Part shown: piece after piece, positions 47,729-56,151 of the stretch
How the letters are laid out: every line of letters starts with the position of its first letter
Position numbering within the stretch: the stretch's first letter is position 1
From: a virus
Taxonomy: Duplodnaviria > Caudoviricetes
DNA: 64,000 nucleotides
Virus record (IMG/VR): IMGVR_UViG_3300033551_000003
Span: 815 to 64,814 of that record
Direction: 5' to 3' (one strand)
Program-made: the position numbers and the translations under genes
Notes under the pieces: generated by a model
The model's input: only the letters and a program-made list of their open reading frames with translations
Databases searched by the model: none
Told to the model about the DNA's origin: nothing

Positions 47729-48241
47729 ATGAAAATGAAACTATGGACCGCCGGAGGCTGGCACAGAAAGCCAACCAACTGGCAAGAAGTCGGGATGCCA
47801 ATCCCAAATGAGGAACTGGAGGCTCTGCCCCAGTACACCTCCAAGGAATTGGGGATCGAGCGGCATATTTCTGCCGCTTTCAAGATCCCCGTAGAACATA
47901 ACTACTTCCTGGTCGCCCACGAGGGTGGCCTGTACGTGGTTAACACTGAGGGTGCTACGTACGCACGTTACGTGCGGTATGTGGGCACGGGTTTGCCGAT
48001 CGAGGGACTTAAGCACGAGTCCTTCCGGTCCGGCGACGATACCACCAAGTATGTCCGAGATGTTCTAAAGCAATCGGGGTACGATCCAGAAGAGATTATG
48101 GCGGCCTCGTTTGTTCACATGAACCAGACCGGCAAGGAAGTGCATATGATTGCCTTCCCCAACCCGGAGGACGAAGATTTATTCGATCACGGGTATGTCT
48201 ATATCTGGGAGGAAGATGGTCGCAAGCGCGCAGATTTCTAG
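47729..48241 (+). CDS. Hypothetical protein
   Basis: RBS after HH14. Confidence 0.7.
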   Translation: MKMKLWTAGGWHRKPTNWQEVGMPIPNEELEALPQYTSKELGIERHISAAFKIPVEHNYFLVAHEGGLYVVNTEGATYARYVRYVGTGLPIEGLKHESFRSGDDTTKYVRDVLKQSGYDPEEIMAASFVHMNQTGKEVHMIAFPNPEDEDLFDHGYVYIWEEDGRKRADF

Positions 48242-48252
48242 ACTTTCTTGAC

Positions 48253-48513
48253 CACGCCGACGTGCATAAGTAACCCTATCAACGCCAGCGTGTCAGAACT
48301 ATACAGAAGTCCAAGGAATTCTAGCGCGTCAATACACACCAGAAACCCAAACAGCCCGAGCGTGTCAGGACGTACCACAAAACCCGTGGAATGAGAGCGT
48401 GCCGTCTATACGAAGTAACCCTGAGTGGTTTAGTGCGCTAAGAGAGGGGAGCAATCCATGACACAGGAGCGCGCCGTTAGGAATAAGCAACCCAAACTTC
48501 AGTAGCGCGCCAA
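48253..48513 (+). ncRNA. TIGR array 3 (~7 units)
   Basis: AGCGYGYCA-N9-AG(T/A/C)AACCCA-N9 units; ends at HH15. Confidence 0.85.
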
Positions 48514-48520
48514 ACAAAAA

Positions 48521-48584
48521 GTCGAAACCGGGGTACGCCCCGGTCTGCTGGATTGAGCATTCCAGCACCGATGAGACTGCTCAA
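48521..48584 (+). ncRNA. Type II hammerhead ribozyme HH15 (CCGAUGA variant)
   Basis: UUGAGCA/UGCUCAA pseudoknot. Confidence 0.8.
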
Positions 48585-48598
48585 ATTAGGAGAATGAA

Positions 48599-49129
48599 AT
48601 GACAATAACTGGTAAAGCACCAGAACTAGCCAACCTCAATGATGAGGTAGACTTAAGAGATGCTACAATATTCTGCGACAGCGCGGCTGGGGTCTATATC
48701 CCGCAGCGCTTCGCACGAGAAGTGAGACGTGAGCTCGTTACCGGTGTGAGCAGCAAGGACTATGAAGTCCTTGAGGCCGGACCGGATCACGAGCACTACT
48801 GGGACGCCTGGGCAGACGTCCTGGATAACGCTTTGATTAACGACCCAGTCCGGGGCGAGTGCCACCTGCACCAAGACCAGGACCTTTGGGTCGTGCCCAC
48901 CGAGAATCGAAGGATCATGGGTTATTGGTTCCACCCGATGACCCAGGAGGACTGGGATGGTTTTGCCGGAGCAGACGCAGGAAGTTGGATACATCACTGC
49001 TCGGACGGCCGGACCATTCTGATCTACTCGCCGCAGTCCGGCCTGCTGTCTGAGATCGTTGTCAAGGATGACGGTCTCAGCGCAGAGATCCTATGGACGC
49101 CCCAACAGATAACCTCTCAAGGGCGGTGA
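48599..49129 (+). CDS. Hypothetical protein
   Basis: DSAAGVYIPQRF, GPDHEHYWDAW; RBS. Confidence 0.7.
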   Translation: MTITGKAPELANLNDEVDLRDATIFCDSAAGVYIPQRFAREVRRELVTGVSSKDYEVLEAGPDHEHYWDAWADVLDNALINDPVRGECHLHQDQDLWVVPTENRRIMGYWFHPMTQEDWDGFAGADAGSWIHHCSDGRTILIYSPQSGLLSEIVVKDDGLSAEILWTPQQITSQGR

Positions 49130-49194
49130 GTCGAAACCGGGATAAAACCCGGTCTGCCGGATTGAGCATTCCGGCACTGATGAGACTGCTCAAT
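49130..49194 (+). ncRNA. Type II hammerhead ribozyme HH16
   Basis: Full core and pseudoknot. Confidence 0.9.
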
Positions 49195-49208
49195 TTAGGA
49201 GACAAAAC

Positions 49209-49490
49209 ATGATGCAATTGAGAGTGACCTTAAACGGCACCGATCGCAACCCTTGGCATAGGTGGGGGTTAACGCAAAACCCGTTCCCCCAGCTGGGCAA
49301 GGCAGAGTACGACGCCCATTGCTTAAGGCTTCAGTCCTTAGGCGGGGACCCAATTCCCGACACCGATTACATTCGTAAGGTGTTGGAGGGTTGGAGCCCG
49401 GAGTTTGTTGAACTCTGCTGCCAACGCTTTAAGAAGGGTGCGATCGTACAGTTCCACGTGGCGTTTAACGAGTCGAAACTGGGGGTGTAG
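49209..49490 (+). CDS. Hypothetical protein
   Basis: RBS; stop in HH17 stem III. Confidence 0.7.
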   Translation: MMQLRVTLNGTDRNPWHRWGLTQNPFPQLGKAEYDAHCLRLQSLGGDPIPDTDYIRKVLEGWSPEFVELCCQRFKKGAIVQFHVAFNESKLGV

Positions 49491-49536
49491 CCCCCAGTCT
49501 GCCGGATTGAGCATTCCGGCACTGATGAGACTGCTC
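49472..49536 (+). ncRNA. Type II hammerhead ribozyme HH17
   Basis: Stem III CUGGGGG/CCCCCAG covaries. Confidence 0.9.
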
Positions 49537-49555
49537 CAACTTAGGAGATTAAAAC

Positions 49556-49777
49556 ATGACTGTTAAGGAGTTGATCGAACTGCTCCAACAGGAGGACCCC
49601 GAAGCTCAAGTCCACATCACCTACAACTACGGTGATTATTGGAGGACAATCGTTGCCCCTCGCGTTAACCACGTCGAGGAGGGCAGCGTGGCCTTTTCCA
49701 AATATCACAATATGCCAAAGGTGAGTGAAGGTGGGGACGAATCCCCAATTGAGATCGTGGTCCTACTGGGAGCATAG
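49556..49777 (+). CDS. Small phage protein (MTVKELIELL family)
   Basis: Typical N-terminus; RBS. Confidence 0.7.
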   Translation: MTVKELIELLQQEDPEAQVHITYNYGDYWRTIVAPRVNHVEEGSVAFSKYHNMPKVSEGGDESPIEIVVLLGA

Positions 49778-49791
49778 GAGGCTCCAAAGCC

Positions 49792-49962
49792 ATGGAAGTC
49801 AGAGAGCATACCTGCTTAACCTGCGAGCACCAATGGGTGAGCCCCGTGGTGTTCTCGCAGTATACGCAGAACCTGAGCGGTGAACGCACAGAGTTCTGCC
49901 CAAAATGCAACGGCCGGACCGTGTGGTCTGGCCCAGCCAAAACTGTCGAAACCGGGGATTAA
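49792..49962 (+). CDS. Small Zn-ribbon protein (56 aa)
   Basis: CLTC...CPKC; GGAGG RBS; stop in HH18 stem III. Confidence 0.55.
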   Translation: MEVREHTCLTCEHQWVSPVVFSQYTQNLSGERTEFCPKCNGRTVWSGPAKTVETGD

Positions 49963-50010
49963 CCCGGTCTGCTGGAACCCGGTCCTACCAGCACTGATGA
50001 GACAGGACCG
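49945..50010 (+). ncRNA. Type II hammerhead ribozyme HH18
   Basis: Full core and pseudoknot. Confidence 0.9.
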
Positions 50011-50019
50011 ATTAGGAGA

Positions 50020-50637
50020 ATGGAAATGAAAACAGTGAGATTAGGTTTTGATGTACGACTCGCATGCGCGCGGGCCTGGGAGCTCATTTGGGCTTCCAAG
50101 CTCGAGGCACGTGCCAAGGAGAAACATCCACGATGGGCAGGGGCGACGTACTACACCACTGCCAACGACATGGTCAATCAGGTACGAGCCTTCGCGTCAT
50201 GTCACGCCGAGGGCAAGCCCTGGACCGACAAGGTCGTGTACGGCAAGTGGTTTGGGTCTCCCGTAAGATTGCCCTTCAGACTGGAGACAGTCGTTCGCGA
50301 CTGGCTCTTCGAGCAGGCCAGAAACGGCAAGCTCGAGTATCACAATTTTGGACGGGGCCACATCAGTGGTGCCCGCTTCCGCCCGTACGGTGAGCCGATG
50401 GGGCCATCAGAGATAAAGACGATGGTCAACAATCTAAAGCAGCGTACCGATCCCAAACCCAAACCCAAGCATTATAGTAAGCAGGGGATACATGGTCGCC
50501 CGCTTTGCACCGCCCGTCAGCGCAGCGGGTTCTATAGTCGTCCGGACCCCCACGTTCGGACTACCAAGGACCTCCAAGAAGTGACGTGCCCGCGCTGCCA
50601 GAAGGCGCTGGCCTTAATCGCAGAAACCGGGAGGTAA
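50020..50637 (+). CDS. Hypothetical protein with C-terminal Zn-binding motif
   Basis: H...C...VTCPRC; stop in HH19 stem III. Confidence 0.7.
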   Translation: MEMKTVRLGFDVRLACARAWELIWASKLEARAKEKHPRWAGATYYTTANDMVNQVRAFASCHAEGKPWTDKVVYGKWFGSPVRLPFRLETVVRDWLFEQARNGKLEYHNFGRGHISGARFRPYGEPMGPSEIKTMVNNLKQRTDPKPKPKHYSKQGIHGRPLCTARQRSGFYSRPDPHVRTTKDLQEVTCPRCQKALALIAETGR

Positions 50638-50685
50638 TCCCGGTCTGCCGGATTGAGCATTCCGGCACTGATGAAGCTGCTCAAT
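50620..50685 (+). ncRNA. Type II hammerhead ribozyme HH19
   Basis: Core intact, stem II weak. Confidence 0.8.
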
Positions 50686-50700
50686 TTAGGAGAACCACAA

Positions 50701-50994
50701 ATGGCTAAAGCAAAGAAGAGATTCCCCGTGATCACCGAAGCGATCCGGGATCTATGTACCGACAGCGGCTGTTGCTTGGAGTTCCAAACCATAGTCCGCT
50801 GGCTACCACAACTTGCAAGAGTAGAGGCACAGCTGAAAAGGCTATCGCGTAAGCAGGACGGAACTGGCTTTTCCGAATTCAACCACTTTGTATTTGGTGA
50901 TGAGGAAGACCAGAAGCGTCTGCGCACCAAATACAAAATTCAGCTTGCCCACAAGTTCCTCAACGACGTGTTCCATGGCCGGTGGGTGGCATGA
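50701..50994 (+). CDS. Hypothetical protein
   Basis: RBS then ATG (MAKAKKRF). Confidence 0.65.
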   Translation: MAKAKKRFPVITEAIRDLCTDSGCCLEFQTIVRWLPQLARVEAQLKRLSRKQDGTGFSEFNHFVFGDEEDQKRLRTKYKIQLAHKFLNDVFHGRWVA

Positions 50995-51368
50995 AGCGAA
51001 CCAAGCTAGGCGTGGAAATCCCGGTCCAACGGGATCACCGCCGCAACACCATAAATAAACTGGCCAGAACCGAAGTGAGGGGCCAGGACAACCCCCCTAG
51101 CCCGAGCTACGGCCCGGGTTTTAGGCGGATGAAGGCGCGTTTGGGAGCCTCTAAGATGGAGGACATGCGCCAGGATACCATCGCGCAGCAATTCAAGAAG
51201 CGCGAGGAGGTGTCTGGCGAGTCCGTTCCCGAGCGTGACCGCTCATCCTACAAGGATTATCCAACCCCGCGCCAGCGCGCCGTACGCCGAATGGCTGAAG
51301 AAGCTATCGGCAAGGTGCTTGGTACGGTTGAGCCCCATACTGACAAAAAGTCGAAACGCCGCAAGTGA
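50991..51368 (+). CDS. Basic hypothetical protein
   Basis: ATGA coupling; stop in HH20 stem III. Confidence 0.6.
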   Translation: MKRTKLGVEIPVQRDHRRNTINKLARTEVRGQDNPPSPSYGPGFRRMKARLGASKMEDMRQDTIAQQFKKREEVSGESVPERDRSSYKDYPTPRQRAVRRMAEEAIGKVLGTVEPHTDKKSKRRK

Positions 51369-51417
51369 GCGGCGTCGCCTGGAACCCGGTCCTACCAGGC
51401 CTGACGCGACAGGACCG
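51350..51417 (+). ncRNA. Type II hammerhead ribozyme HH20 (CUGACGC; A9C, possibly impaired)
   Basis: Stems intact, core deviates. Confidence 0.65.
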
Positions 51418-51431
51418 ATTAGGAGACAAGC

Positions 51432-52007
51432 ATGACTCAAGAAGAGAAATTCAAACTACACATGTCCAAACTAGACGTACCGGAGGGCTTCTCCGGGGAG
51501 TTCCGGAGGGATATGCCGGAGTGTCTTCACACCGTGAATTACCTTCTCAAGAAGGAGGGCGTGGAGATAATGTTCGACATAACCGGCTCCGGCCACACCC
51601 GGTTCAAGGCCAACGGCGAATGGTACACCTTTGACAGGTTGGGAGTGGAGGATTCGTTCTACCACCTCCCGATGTACAAGGGTCAGAAGGTACCGAGCCT
51701 GAACGAAATCGTCGCCGAGCAGCTTGCGCGTGTCGAGAACCGCATCGCCTACCACAAGACGGCGGTGAAGGTGCCCGGTCTGCCGGGCACCTGGACGGTG
51801 GCACACGATAAGGTGCAGGAGTTGAAGGACCAGCTGAAGGCCAATGGCCATATTACCTTCACTCCGGCCGGTTTCGGAACCGGATACTGCGTCACCAGAA
51901 GGCGGCCGGCAGGCCCCCTGAAGTACGGGCGCAGTCGTGCCAAGCCGGAGCTCGAGGAGTTCCTGGAGTTCAGCCCCCTCTACGTCGAGAACATGGACTG
52001 CGACTGA
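51432..52007 (+). CDS. Hypothetical protein
   Basis: RBS after HH20. Confidence 0.7.
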   Translation: MTQEEKFKLHMSKLDVPEGFSGEFRRDMPECLHTVNYLLKKEGVEIMFDITGSGHTRFKANGEWYTFDRLGVEDSFYHLPMYKGQKVPSLNEIVAEQLARVENRIAYHKTAVKVPGLPGTWTVAHDKVQELKDQLKANGHITFTPAGFGTGYCVTRRRPAGPLKYGRSRAKPELEEFLEFSPLYVENMDCD

Positions 52008-52010
52008 AAA

Positions 52011-52073
52011 GTCGAAACCGGGGTACGCCCCGGTCTGCCAGAGATGAGCTACTGGCACTGATGAGATAGCTCA
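52011..52073 (+). ncRNA. Type II hammerhead ribozyme HH21
   Basis: UGAGCUA/UAGCUCA pseudoknot. Confidence 0.9.
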
Positions 52074-52088
52074 AATAGGAGAAACAAA

Positions 52089-52361
52089 ATGCCAAAGAAG
52101 AAGGAGAAAGACTACAGTATACCAAAACTCAATGATCCTCGCATAATTGGCTATTACCCCAGCCTCAATAAATTAAGTACCGAGGAGTTGGGAGTAATCA
52201 GATTAGACGAATCACAGAAATTCTATAGACGATTAGCAGCCGCCCAAATACGTGCAAAAAGACTGGGCGAGGACCCACGTAAGTGCATGTGGGGATTGGC
52301 CTGGACTGGCACGCCTGCCGAGCAGGCAGCGTTAGCCGATAGGCTGCAATGGAGCAAATAA
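52089..52361 (+). CDS. Hypothetical protein
   Basis: RBS after HH21. Confidence 0.7.
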   Translation: MPKKKEKDYSIPKLNDPRIIGYYPSLNKLSTEELGVIRLDESQKFYRRLAAAQIRAKRLGEDPRKCMWGLAWTGTPAEQAALADRLQWSK

Positions 52362-52363
52362 CC

Positions 52364-52427
52364 GTCGAAACCGGGAACCAACCCGGTCTGCTGGATTGAG
52401 CATTCCAGCACCGATGAGACTGCTCAA
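52364..52427 (+). ncRNA. Type II hammerhead ribozyme HH22 (CCGAUGA variant)
   Basis: Stems and pseudoknot intact. Confidence 0.8.
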
Positions 52428-52442
52428 CTTAGGAGAACTAAC

Positions 52443-52877
52443 ATGAGACAATTAGGTACAAAAGTTTATCTACTTAATCACCCAAAGCTGTCAATGGAAC
52501 TACAACACGGCAGCGAGGGGCCACAATATGACCCCTACTCCTTTCAGGAGATTATCGTCAGGACCCCACAGGGTCGTACGGTACTCCACGAGGGGTTGGG
52601 GTCATGGCTTAAGTTCAATGGCAAGGAGGTCAAGCGCCTACCTGGGCAGGACTATGACGCCTACGAGCGTATGCTAAGGGACGAAGCGTTCCCTAGCTGC
52701 ACGGGCTTCACCGTCACCCAGTTACACCGTATCGCGCGCAAGCTACGCTCGCGTTGCGCTCAGTGTGGTAGCCGAGACTTTCATTATGAGTCCGGCTTCC
52801 CAGGCGAGACCTTTGAGGTTTGCAGTCGGTGCAACCATATCGTTTCCACCAGCTTCAACATCTCTGCCATAGAATGA
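52443..52877 (+). CDS. Hypothetical protein with C-terminal Zn ribbon
   Basis: CAQC...CSRC. Confidence 0.7.
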   Translation: MRQLGTKVYLLNHPKLSMELQHGSEGPQYDPYSFQEIIVRTPQGRTVLHEGLGSWLKFNGKEVKRLPGQDYDAYERMLRDEAFPSCTGFTVTQLHRIARKLRSRCAQCGSRDFHYESGFPGETFEVCSRCNHIVSTSFNISAIE

Positions 52878-52880
52878 AGA

Positions 52881-52946
52881 GTCGAAACCGGGCTCAAACC
52901 CGGTCTGCTGGAAACCGGTCCTACCAGCACTGATGAGACAGGACCG
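52881..52946 (+). ncRNA. Type II hammerhead ribozyme HH23
   Basis: Full core and pseudoknot. Confidence 0.9.
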
Positions 52947-52961
52947 ATTAGGAGATAGAAA

Positions 52962-53240
52962 ATGGCAAAAGAGGTAAGATACTATACTGCAGGGGCCGCC
53001 ATAAAGGCGGTTCTACTGCAAGTTGACTTATACTCACTGGAGCAGTGTAACCCTAACGAGGTTGGGGACTACCTGCAGTTCGAGTACGACGACTATGGAA
53101 AATGCTATACCGTAACTGAGCAAATCGAAGGTATGGCCTTCGCAACAAGTCACGCGTATGGACCTGAATTCGACAGGAAGTTCGTCGTACGCTCTATTGT
53201 TGGTGCCCTTATGGCAGAATACATGGGCATCTACAACTGA
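52962..53240 (+). CDS. Hypothetical protein
   Basis: RBS after HH23. Confidence 0.7.
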   Translation: MAKEVRYYTAGAAIKAVLLQVDLYSLEQCNPNEVGDYLQFEYDDYGKCYTVTEQIEGMAFATSHAYGPEFDRKFVVRSIVGALMAEYMGIYN

Positions 53241-53306
53241 GTCGAAACCGGGCTGAGTCCCGGTCGTCGGGAACCTGATCCTACCCGGCTTGAAGAGACA
53301 GGATCA
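53241..53306 (+). ncRNA. Type II hammerhead ribozyme HH24 (UUGAAGA variant)
   Basis: Close relative of HH9. Confidence 0.75.
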
Positions 53307-53329
53307 TAAATCTTAGGAGAATCAAAATA

Positions 53330-54214
53330 ATGGCAAATAACAATCCACTAAAGGACGTGGCCGTTATAGCGTCTGTAAGTATCAGTCGCTGGACCGGCCG
53401 CAAACTCGATCGGGAAGTTACCGACGAGGTAAACGAGCGTTACGGTGCCGAGATGGATGCCGGACGCTACAACAAGCAACTGATCGCGAAGAAAGCCTTC
53501 GCGGATATCAACAAGATCACCAGGGAAGCGCGCACGCTCCACAAGATCATGACGCAGCCCTGGGTAGGTGACAAGCGTCTGCTCGCCAATAAGCTGATTG
53601 AGAAGTTCACGAAGCGGATGGGCGAGTTGAGGCTGGGCTTCGAAGATGCCGCAGACGAGTTCGACACGAAGTACACAACCTTCATGGAGAACTCGAGGAC
53701 GTCCCGCTTGAAGAAGATGTTCAAGGCCGAGGACTATCCGGATCCGCGCATCGTTCGCAAGAAGTTCTCGTTCCACTGCGCCATCGACTCCATCACCGAT
53801 AACGAAGACCTGCGCCCGAGTGCGTTGCAGGAGTTGTCGGATGATTGGTTGAAGGCGGCCGAGCGGGACTTCAAGGCGGGCCTCGAAGACGCCATGCGCG
53901 ACCCAGTCGAGCGGATCATCGCGGTAGCCACCAAGATGTCCAATCGACTGAAGGAATACAAACCGGCCGTCAACGGCAGCATGGCCGAGAACACGTTCCG
54001 CGACTCCCTGGTCAACAATATCAGGGACCTCGCGGATATGTTGCCGGCGTTCAACCTCACGGGTGATAAGAAGCTCGAGGCTCTCATTGATCGCGTGTCC
54101 CGCGACCTGTGTGAGATCGACGCTGACATCCTGCGGGAGAACGACGGGACTCGTGCCAAGGTTGCCAAGGCCGCCGATGATATCCTCAAGCAGGCCCACG
54201 CCTTAATGGCTTGA
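53330..54214 (+). CDS. DUF3150-like helical phage protein
   Basis: SVSISRWTGRKLD, AGRYNKQL, EDYP, FRDSLVNN, FNLTGD; recalled as often co-occurring with AAA/VWA genes. Confidence 0.6.
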   Translation: MANNNPLKDVAVIASVSISRWTGRKLDREVTDEVNERYGAEMDAGRYNKQLIAKKAFADINKITREARTLHKIMTQPWVGDKRLLANKLIEKFTKRMGELRLGFEDAADEFDTKYTTFMENSRTSRLKKMFKAEDYPDPRIVRKKFSFHCAIDSITDNEDLRPSALQELSDDWLKAAERDFKAGLEDAMRDPVERIIAVATKMSNRLKEYKPAVNGSMAENTFRDSLVNNIRDLADMLPAFNLTGDKKLEALIDRVSRDLCEIDADILRENDGTRAKVAKAADDILKQAHALMA

Positions 54215-54218
54215 GGCT

Positions 54219-54290
54219 GTCGAAACCAAAGGGGGGTATACTCCCTTTGGTCGGTGGGAACTGACCTACCCACCCTGATGAGACAGGTCA
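54219..54290 (+). ncRNA. Type II hammerhead ribozyme HH25
   Basis: Stem III CCAAAGGG/CCCUUUGG; UGACCU/AGGUCA pseudoknot. Confidence 0.9.
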
Positions 54291-54304
54291 TTTAGGAGAT
54301 GTAA

Positions 54305-54664
54305 ATGGCTGGAAACCCCAACAGCGCCCGTGCTCGCTTCAAAGCCTATTTGAAGGAGCATGGAGAGGAGGCCGCCCTAAAGTTCGGGGCGGAAATAGGG
54401 ATGCAACCTGCCCGCATAAAGCGGCTTATTCGCGTATTCACCGGCCAGGCCCCGATCAAGCAGAAACCCTCCACCGTGGAGGTGACTGTGGAACCCGTTA
54501 GGTTTGGTCGGTTTAAGCCGCAGGTTTACCTATTTGGAGACAAGACCTTGGTTGCTCGGTATGTAGCTAAAGGCCCCGAGCAGAGTGAGGTTAAGTTCCC
54601 GAATGGTAACGTGCAGACGGTTGACAATGATTGGCTAACGCCTTTCGAAACCGAGGAGGAGTAA
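54305..54664 (+). CDS. Hypothetical protein (C-terminal SH3/KOW-like strands)
   Basis: RBS; stop in HH26 stem III. Confidence 0.65.
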   Translation: MAGNPNSARARFKAYLKEHGEEAALKFGAEIGMQPARIKRLIRVFTGQAPIKQKPSTVEVTVEPVRFGRFKPQVYLFGDKTLVARYVAKGPEQSEVKFPNGNVQTVDNDWLTPFETEEE

Positions 54665-54715
54665 CTCCTCGGTCACTGGGGTGCTGATCCGACCCCGGTC
54701 TGACGAGATAGGATC
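54644..54715 (+). ncRNA. Type II hammerhead ribozyme HH26 (CUGACGA), 5' of tasA
   Basis: Stem III CCGAGGAG/CUCCUCGG; GAUCC/GGAUC pseudoknot. Confidence 0.85.
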
Positions 54716-54733
54716 CTTAGGAGACAAAGAAAG

Positions 54734-55750
54734 ATGGCTACAATAGACGATGTTGCTGCCTTGCGCCTGATGTGCAAGGGAGCGTATGACCTGCAAAAGC
54801 TGAGAATGCAATGCGGGTTGAGACTTTGGGCGAACTTTAACGCCAAGCTCAAGCAGCAGGCCAACCCCGCTGCCGAAGACACAGAAACCGATGCCGACGA
54901 GATGTCGGAGGAGGCCGAGAAGCTGATCGCTCAGCTAAAGGCCTCCTACGTGCGCCTTACCGATGGTATCGCGCGCAACCGCACACTCCCGGCCCAGAAG
55001 GGCTTCAATGGAGACGAGTTGATCTCGACCTTCACGGAGCTCACACTGGTGGACCAATATATCCAACTGGAGAAGCAGGAGGCCCGCCACTTTCGCCAGA
55101 TGACCCCGCTGCTGGAAGAGATACCGATCTACTCGACGTATCTCAAGCAGGAGCGTGGCATCGGCCCCGCGATGGCGTCCGTCCTTATAAGCTACCTCGA
55201 CCCCGCCAAAGCCGACCACATTTCCGCCTTCTGGCGGTATGCTGGCCTGGACGTGGGGCCGGATGGCATGGGCCGGTCGCGCCGCGAGGAGCACCTGGTC
55301 GAGCGAACCTACATCGACAAGAACGGACAGCAGAAGACGCGAATGGGCGTCACCTACAATCCGTTCCTGAAGACCAAGCTCGCCGGAGTGCTGGCGTCGT
55401 CCTTTCTGCGGCAAAAGTCGCGGTGGAGTGATGTGTACGGAAACTACAAGCATCGCATCACCACCGACCCGAACCGCACGAAGGTTACGGTCACGGAATG
55501 GAAGCGTATGCACAAGGCAGGCGGCATGGACGCCGTCCGTGGGGTTTGGACCCCCGGGCGTATCCACAACGCCTCGTCTCGGTATATGCTGAAGATGTTC
55601 CTGGCCGAACTCTGGACGAAGTGGCGCACGTTGGAAGGACTGCCCCTGACGCCCACGTATCACGAGGCCGTCATGGGTCACGTCCACACGCCATCCGCGC
55701 AGGAGCAGCGCCGTAGCGCCGAGGGTGATGGGGCCACAACCCACACCTAA
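54734..55750 (+). CDS. tasA: TIGR-associated Nop-domain protein (TasA-like, no RuvC or HNH)
   Basis: N-terminal YDLQKLRMQ coiled coil; IS110/Nop motifs RGIGPAMASVLI, SAFWRYAGL, YNPFLKTKL, RIHNASSRYMLKMFLAELW..WR.LEGL; directly followed by a TIGR array; no DEDD RuvC domain. Confidence 0.88.
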   Translation: MATIDDVAALRLMCKGAYDLQKLRMQCGLRLWANFNAKLKQQANPAAEDTETDADEMSEEAEKLIAQLKASYVRLTDGIARNRTLPAQKGFNGDELISTFTELTLVDQYIQLEKQEARHFRQMTPLLEEIPIYSTYLKQERGIGPAMASVLISYLDPAKADHISAFWRYAGLDVGPDGMGRSRREEHLVERTYIDKNGQQKTRMGVTYNPFLKTKLAGVLASSFLRQKSRWSDVYGNYKHRITTDPNRTKVTVTEWKRMHKAGGMDAVRGVWTPGRIHNASSRYMLKMFLAELWTKWRTLEGLPLTPTYHEAVMGHVHTPSAQEQRRSAEGDGATTHT

Positions 55751-55758
55751 GGCAAAAC

Positions 55759-56068
55759 GGCTCGCCACGGGAGCAAAGTAACCCATCGCACCTCAGCGAG
55801 CCATATGTCGCATGTACTCCACAACTGGTTAGCGTGCCGATACAAGCACTAGCAACCCAGAGGATGCTAGCGTGCCAAAGCCACTTAGTAGCTCAGGCAC
55901 TTTCAGCGTGTCATCTAGGTCCAGCAACCCAGGTGAGATCAGCGTGCCGTCAGGAGGAAAGTAACCCAAGATCGAAGAGCGCGCCAGCCTCTCACAGTAA
56001 CCCGTGGCACGATAGCGTGCTAGGAATTGGGAGTAACCCAGATTTCCTCAGCGCGCCAGACCACCAGT
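55759..56068 (+). ncRNA. TIGR array 4a (~8 units) directly downstream of tasA
   Basis: e.g. AGCGTGTCA-TCTAGGTCC-AGCAACCCA-GGTGAGATC; AGCGCGCCA-GCCTCTCAC-AGTAACCCG-TGGCACGAT. Confidence 0.92.
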
Positions 56069-56070
56069 GT

Positions 56071-56137
56071 GTCGAAACCGGAGGTACGCCTCCGGTCACC
56101 GGGAACCTGATCCTACCCGGTATGATTAGACAGGATC
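56071..56137 (+). ncRNA. Type II hammerhead ribozyme HH27 (AUGAUUA, A3-U8) inside the TIGR array, no RBS
   Basis: Stem III CCGGAG/CUCCGG, stem I ACCGGG/CCCGGU, GAUCCU/AGGAUC pseudoknot. Confidence 0.8.
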
Positions 56138-56151
56138 TGGCCTACCCGTTT

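Noticed and set aside
54734-55750. IS110 transposase / mobile element
   Set aside because: Lacks the N-terminal DEDD RuvC domain; the adjacent dual-repeat array fits TasA
53348-55786. Long antisense ORFs 53348-54199 and 54935-55786
   Set aside because: Shadow frames of GC3-rich sense genes; no RBS or recognisable motifs
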